Positions 60,324 through 64,000 of a DNA stretch of 64,000 nucleotides are shown here, one piece after another. This stretch comes from Desulfatiglandales bacterium (GTDB taxonomy: Bacteria; Desulfobacterota; DSM-4660; Desulfatiglandales; Desulfatiglandaceae). The translations under genes were made by a program, and so were the position numbers. Where the stretch lies: positions 6,144,001 to 6,208,000 of the forward strand of contig OY759599.1 of NCBI GenBank assembly GCA_963662465.1, read 5' to 3'. Numbering within the stretch: the stretch's first letter is position 1; each line of letters begins with the position of its first letter. The notes under the pieces are model-generated. The model was given only the letters and a program-made list of their open reading frames with translations, was not told where the DNA came from and made no database searches.

Positions 60324-61815
60324 TATTGAGACCCCACCCCGGAAAATACATCTGGAGGTCATCGCGGTCCACAACCCGATTCGTAGGCTGTTTCGAATTG
60401 GGTTGTGGGGGCGAGGCCGGATTGAGATAAGTCAGAAGCTTGCCTTTCGAGACAATAGCCGGGTTGCCAGGTGCTTTGGCGCGCCATGTATCTGAAAGAT
60501 AGTTGAAGCAGACCTTGTTGAATCTTAGATTGTCACGGATATCTTCCTTCAATTCAGCCACCAGAAGGCAGTTGTCGGGAACTTCGCTAACTACCGCGGG
60601 AGAATGCGTATTGATAATCACCTGGCGCAGAGGATTCGTTTCATCGACCCGTTCATTGGGATCTATTGCAATATCCTGCAGCAATTGCAGCATCGCGGGA
60701 ATTTTTTCCGGGTGTATTCCGTTTTCCGGTTCCTCCAAACAAAGCACCCCTTTGGTGATGGTGTCCAGTTCAAGTACCGTGAGTGCAAGAAAACGAAGTG
60801 TGCCATCGGATAATGAACGAGCAGGATGTTCCGTTCCATCCTTTCCAATAACCTGCAATGTTAAAATTTCGCGTCTGTCGTCCCGATCAACCCACACGCG
60901 GCTCACATCCCCAATCAATGTACTCAGCCGATTGGCGACTTTGGCGAAAATAAAATCCGGGTCTTTTTTTCTTTCTCCGTTTTCAGAAGTCTCGGTTGGT
61001 GTGTGGGCCAGCCGATAAAGGGTTGCGGGGAGATGTTCCCCCCTAAGGGTTAAATGAGAAGGCGCATTAATTTCGTCGGGCTTACGGAGGGCAGAGGGTT
61101 CTAATTGCAAAATGCGCCAAAATTCCATTTCCCGACGGGCGCAGAGAACCGTCGGGCTTTCAGCGGCATTGGCGGCGGATAATACAGTACGGGGAAGATT
61201 TGATGCCGAATGCGGCAGAGGTTTGCCTCGACTCCCGCCACCATCCTGATGGAGTTTAATAATCCGGGAAACCCCGTCCTCTTCCGTGGAGATGAAATAA
61301 GGAACCCTGCGACCCGCTTTAACCACAGTGTCACGCCACTCCTTTGCACTATGCTTGAAAAGCAGGTGTTTTCCAGCCTCACCCTTTTTGATATGGGAAA
61401 GCTCTTCCTTCAGAATCTCCAAAGACCCGTTTGACAGGGTGTTATGTTTGTCGCTTCGATATCCGAGGTCCAGAGCGTATCTCAGCATTGTATTGGTTGC
61501 TTTGCCTGTTTGTCCCAAATCATCCACAGCTTCCCGGGGAACGATCATTTCCACTTCAAAGGACATTCGATCCGTATAATTATTGCCTACACGATGAAAC
61601 AGATTTCGCAGATCGGATGCGCTCCCTCCTTCGGCTCTTATTGACAAAGCGGCTTCGATGAGGGGTCGACTGGCCAAGGCGCTGAGGAAATGGATCGCAT
61701 CAAAAAGATTTGACTTTCCGACGCCATTAACGCCTGCGATACATGTAAATGGTCCAAAACGGACATCTACATCCACCAGGTTCTTAAAACCGTTGACCTT
61801 TAAGCGGATGATCAT
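60316..61815 (-). CDS. AAA_21/ABC-type ATPase (defence-associated type)
   Basis: GFKNL, GVNGVGKSN, LSDGT, LCLEEPENGIHP, INTHSP. Confidence 0.88.
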   Translation of the reverse strand: MIIRLKVNGFKNLVDVDVRFGPFTCIAGVNGVGKSNLFDAIHFLSALASRPLIEAALSIRAEGGSASDLRNLFHRVGNNYTDRMSFEVEMIVPREAVDDLGQTGKATNTMLRYALDLGYRSDKHNTLSNGSLEILKEELSHIKKGEAGKHLLFKHSAKEWRDTVVKAGRRVPYFISTEEDGVSRIIKLHQDGGGSRGKPLPHSASNLPRTVLSAANAAESPTVLCARREMEFWRILQLEPSALRKPDEINAPSHLTLRGEHLPATLYRLAHTPTETSENGERKKDPDFIFAKVANRLSTLIGDVSRVWVDRDDRREILTLQVIGKDGTEHPARSLSDGTLRFLALTVLELDTITKGVLCLEEPENGIHPEKIPAMLQLLQDIAIDPNERVDETNPLRQVIINTHSPAVVSEVPDNCLLVAELKEDIRDNLRFNKVCFNYLSDTWRAKAPGNPAIVSKGKLLTYLNPASPPQPNSKQPTNRVVDRDDLQMYFPGWGLNNG

Positions 61816-61944
61816 TGCAGCTTGACCTCATATTTGGGTAATGTCTACGTTAAGGCGATCCCCCGGAATCAGCGCACATCCTGCCGGCCAGGGGGACAGT
61901 CTTTTCTTTTCCGTGGATAGAAAATGTTCTTATTGCCAACAGGT

Positions 61945-62196
61945 CTAAATCCCTTTCAGGTATTCCGCCAATTTTTCAGCGGAAAGCGCCGTCTCCAGGG
62001 GAAGTTGCTCCCCGTTCACGAAAACGCTGGTGGCGCTCCTGATCTTGTATTTCATTGCTTCCATGGAGTCATTGGTAAAGATGCTCAGGTTTATGGCATC
62101 CCCCATGGTTTCCTTGGTTTTTTCGGCCACGCCTATGGCCGCCTGGCAACTCCTTCAGCCGGGGTTGCCGCTGTGAAACACGATCACTTCAATCAT
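61945..62196 (-). CDS. small thioredoxin/glutaredoxin-like selenoprotein (83 aa, U14 in UxxC)
   Basis: AAGGAG RBS and ATG 62196 overlapping the end of the CDF gene: MIEVIVFHSGNPG-U-RSCQAAIGVAEK...KYKIRSATSVFVNGE; TGA at 62157-62155; SECIS-like hairpin at 62124-62141. Confidence 0.87.
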
Positions 62197-63448
62197 CTCT
62201 TTTTTCTCCTTTCAATTCATGGTTTGGCAGGGACGATTCATCCATGGCCCCTACCTTTTCAGTGTCGGTTTTCCTCTGAATATCTCGCTGAATCGCCGAC
62301 AGGTTCTTGTCTCCGGTCAACATCACATCCACACCCGCATCGGAAAAAACATAACCGGGGCCCTTTCCTTCAAAGCCTTTTGGGCTATAGACCGTGTCCA
62401 CACCTTTTGCAAGAAGCCACTCGCTGACCTTGATCCCTTTTCCCTTCTCCTCGCCGGCAAAGGGATTGATTTTATAGGCCTCCGAGAGCAGGACCCCGTC
62501 CTTTTCCCGGACCCGGGCTACATAGAAGCAGGGGGCGGTGCCGAAATGTTCGGAGATGTTTTGCCGATCATTTCGGAGCGGAACGGCTACGATGCGGGTT
62601 TCCCGTTTTTGCGGTGCGTAATGAATGAGGATTTGGTCCACATGGGCAACAGCCGTTCTGATATGCTTCTCAATCCGCTGACTCACCACATGGGCTTTTT
62701 CAAGATTTTTGGCCTTAATGATGATATCCGCTTCGATAAACTTGTACTGGCCCGAGTTTCTTCCCCATAGGCCATTGATGGAAACGACCCCGGGATCTTT
62801 TAAGATAATCGTTTTGACCTGATCCAGGGTGTTAAAATCAAGGGAGGCGTCCAGCAGTACCCGAAAGGCGTCGGCAAAAATGCCGGCGCCGGCCTTGAAC
62901 ACCAGCAGGACCACCACGATGGCCGCGATTCGGTCCAAATCCAGATCAAACAGCCCGCCCACGAGCCCCGCGAGAATTACGCAGGAACTCATCATGTCCG
63001 TTCGAATATGTTTGGCGTCCGCAATCAGGCTGGGCGAGCCGATGGCTTTTCCCTGACGCAGCTCATATCGGGAAAATGCAAAGGTAATTCCCGTGGCCGC
63101 CACCAGACCTCCTATGGCATAGGGAAGGTATTGTGTTTTGAGAGTGAATGACTCAAAAAACACCGTTTTGACAATTTCGTACCCCGCCAAAAAGATGAAA
63201 AGGGATGTGAGCAGAGAAACAAAGTTCTCCACTTTATAGAGTCCGTAGGGAAAATTTTTAGATTTTCGTTTGCTGATTTTGATGCCGGCCAGGACCGTGA
63301 TGGAGGAAATCACATCGGTGGCGGAATGAATGGCATCCGCCACCAGTGCAACAGAACCGGAAAGATATGCGAGCCCCCCCTTGAGGACCACCAGCAGAAT
63401 ATTGACGCCAATGGAGTAAAACCCTATTTTTTCCTTTTGGGTCATCAT
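62189..63448 (-). CDS. cation diffusion facilitator with a C-terminal NifB/NifX-like domain
   Basis: ALVADAIHSATD, FPYGLYKVE, ADAKHIRTD, dimerisation domain, then VAVP..ISEHFGTAPCF. Confidence 0.9.
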   Translation of the reverse strand: MMTQKEKIGFYSIGVNILLVVLKGGLAYLSGSVALVADAIHSATDVISSITVLAGIKISKRKSKNFPYGLYKVENFVSLLTSLFIFLAGYEIVKTVFFESFTLKTQYLPYAIGGLVAATGITFAFSRYELRQGKAIGSPSLIADAKHIRTDMMSSCVILAGLVGGLFDLDLDRIAAIVVVLLVFKAGAGIFADAFRVLLDASLDFNTLDQVKTIILKDPGVVSINGLWGRNSGQYKFIEADIIIKAKNLEKAHVVSQRIEKHIRTAVAHVDQILIHYAPQKRETRIVAVPLRNDRQNISEHFGTAPCFYVARVREKDGVLLSEAYKINPFAGEEKGKGIKVSEWLLAKGVDTVYSPKGFEGKGPGYVFSDAGVDVMLTGDKNLSAIQRDIQRKTDTEKVGAMDESSLPNHELKGEKRDD

Positions 63449-63550
63449 GAATCGTCTGATCCTTTCCGGGGTGAACTCAGGCTTTCCAGCAGGGCGAAGG
63501 CGCCCAAATTCGGGTACAACTTTTTGTAACAGCCAAAAAAACTTGACGGA

Positions 63551-63937
63551 TTATAAACTGATGGTGGTGCTTTTGCACGCCAATTCCCACATTTTGGTGG
63601 CCGGCGCCATCTGAAAACCCTCCATCAGGTCTTCTTCCTTGATCTGTCGGGTTTTGGCGCAGGGGGCGCATACGTAAATGGGTACCTCGAATTCCTGCAG
63701 ATACATCAGCAGATCATCGGCAACATCGCCGGTGGGCGCCCGAAGGTTTTCTGCGATGCCTTTCCTGGCGATATAGACCGCTTCATCAAGAAGAAAAACC
63801 GCTACGTTTTTTCCCATGCCGTGGGCCACCTGGGCCAGGTGAATGGCCCTGACGGAACGGTTGGGGTTATTGGTGCCGCAGCTGACGGTAATCAACACAT
63901 TGTTTTCTCTGGAATCCATTTCGGTTTTTTGGGTCAT
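63551..63937 (-). CDS. DsrE family protein (CxxC form)
   Basis: VFLLDEAVY, APTGD, PIYVCAPCAKTR; AAGGAG RBS. Confidence 0.88.
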   Translation of the reverse strand: MTQKTEMDSRENNVLITVSCGTNNPNRSVRAIHLAQVAHGMGKNVAVFLLDEAVYIARKGIAENLRAPTGDVADDLLMYLQEFEVPIYVCAPCAKTRQIKEEDLMEGFQMAPATKMWELACKSTTISL

Positions 63938-64000
63938 GGTTGCATCTCCTTATGCTTTTGGTTTTATAGGGGCGCGTTTGCGGCCCTTAATATAATACTT

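Overview
64-kb window that reads like the chromosome of an anaerobic deltaproteobacterium (Desulfobacterota-like; inferred from gene content, not from a marker gene). The left and middle are mostly housekeeping and catabolic genes: fadN-fadA-fadE with a FadR-type operator, an M16C peptidase, a Mo/W-bisPGD enzyme, xseA, tRNA-fMet, a PAS kinase, xerD, RNase II, thiolase plus DUF35, prmA/rsmE, rhodanese and CoA-disulfide reductase, waaA, glpK, ugd-uxs and a ThiW ECF transporter. The right third is entirely minus-strand. It interleaves a sulfur/selenium redox locus with defence genes (a type IB restriction-modification system, YhcG, an AlbA_2/Schlafen protein, a Tyr-less Y1-transposase derivative and an ABC-ATPase/TOPRIM-like pair). 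The main hidden signal is three genes that the ORF track breaks at in-frame TGA codons. Each TGA sits at a conserved Cys position and is followed by a SECIS-like hairpin with an AGG-starting loop. They are an octaheme tetrathionate-reductase-family cytochrome (U97), a thioredoxin-like UxxC protein and a DsrE-like UxxC protein. Also found by eye: a 242-bp IS66-like MITE with an 8-bp target duplication, a GTAG-type REP doublet, and a tandemly duplicated promoter+DUF1640 module next to tRNA-fMet. All family assignments come from motif recognition; no database searches were run, and several start codons are my best choice based on RBS position.
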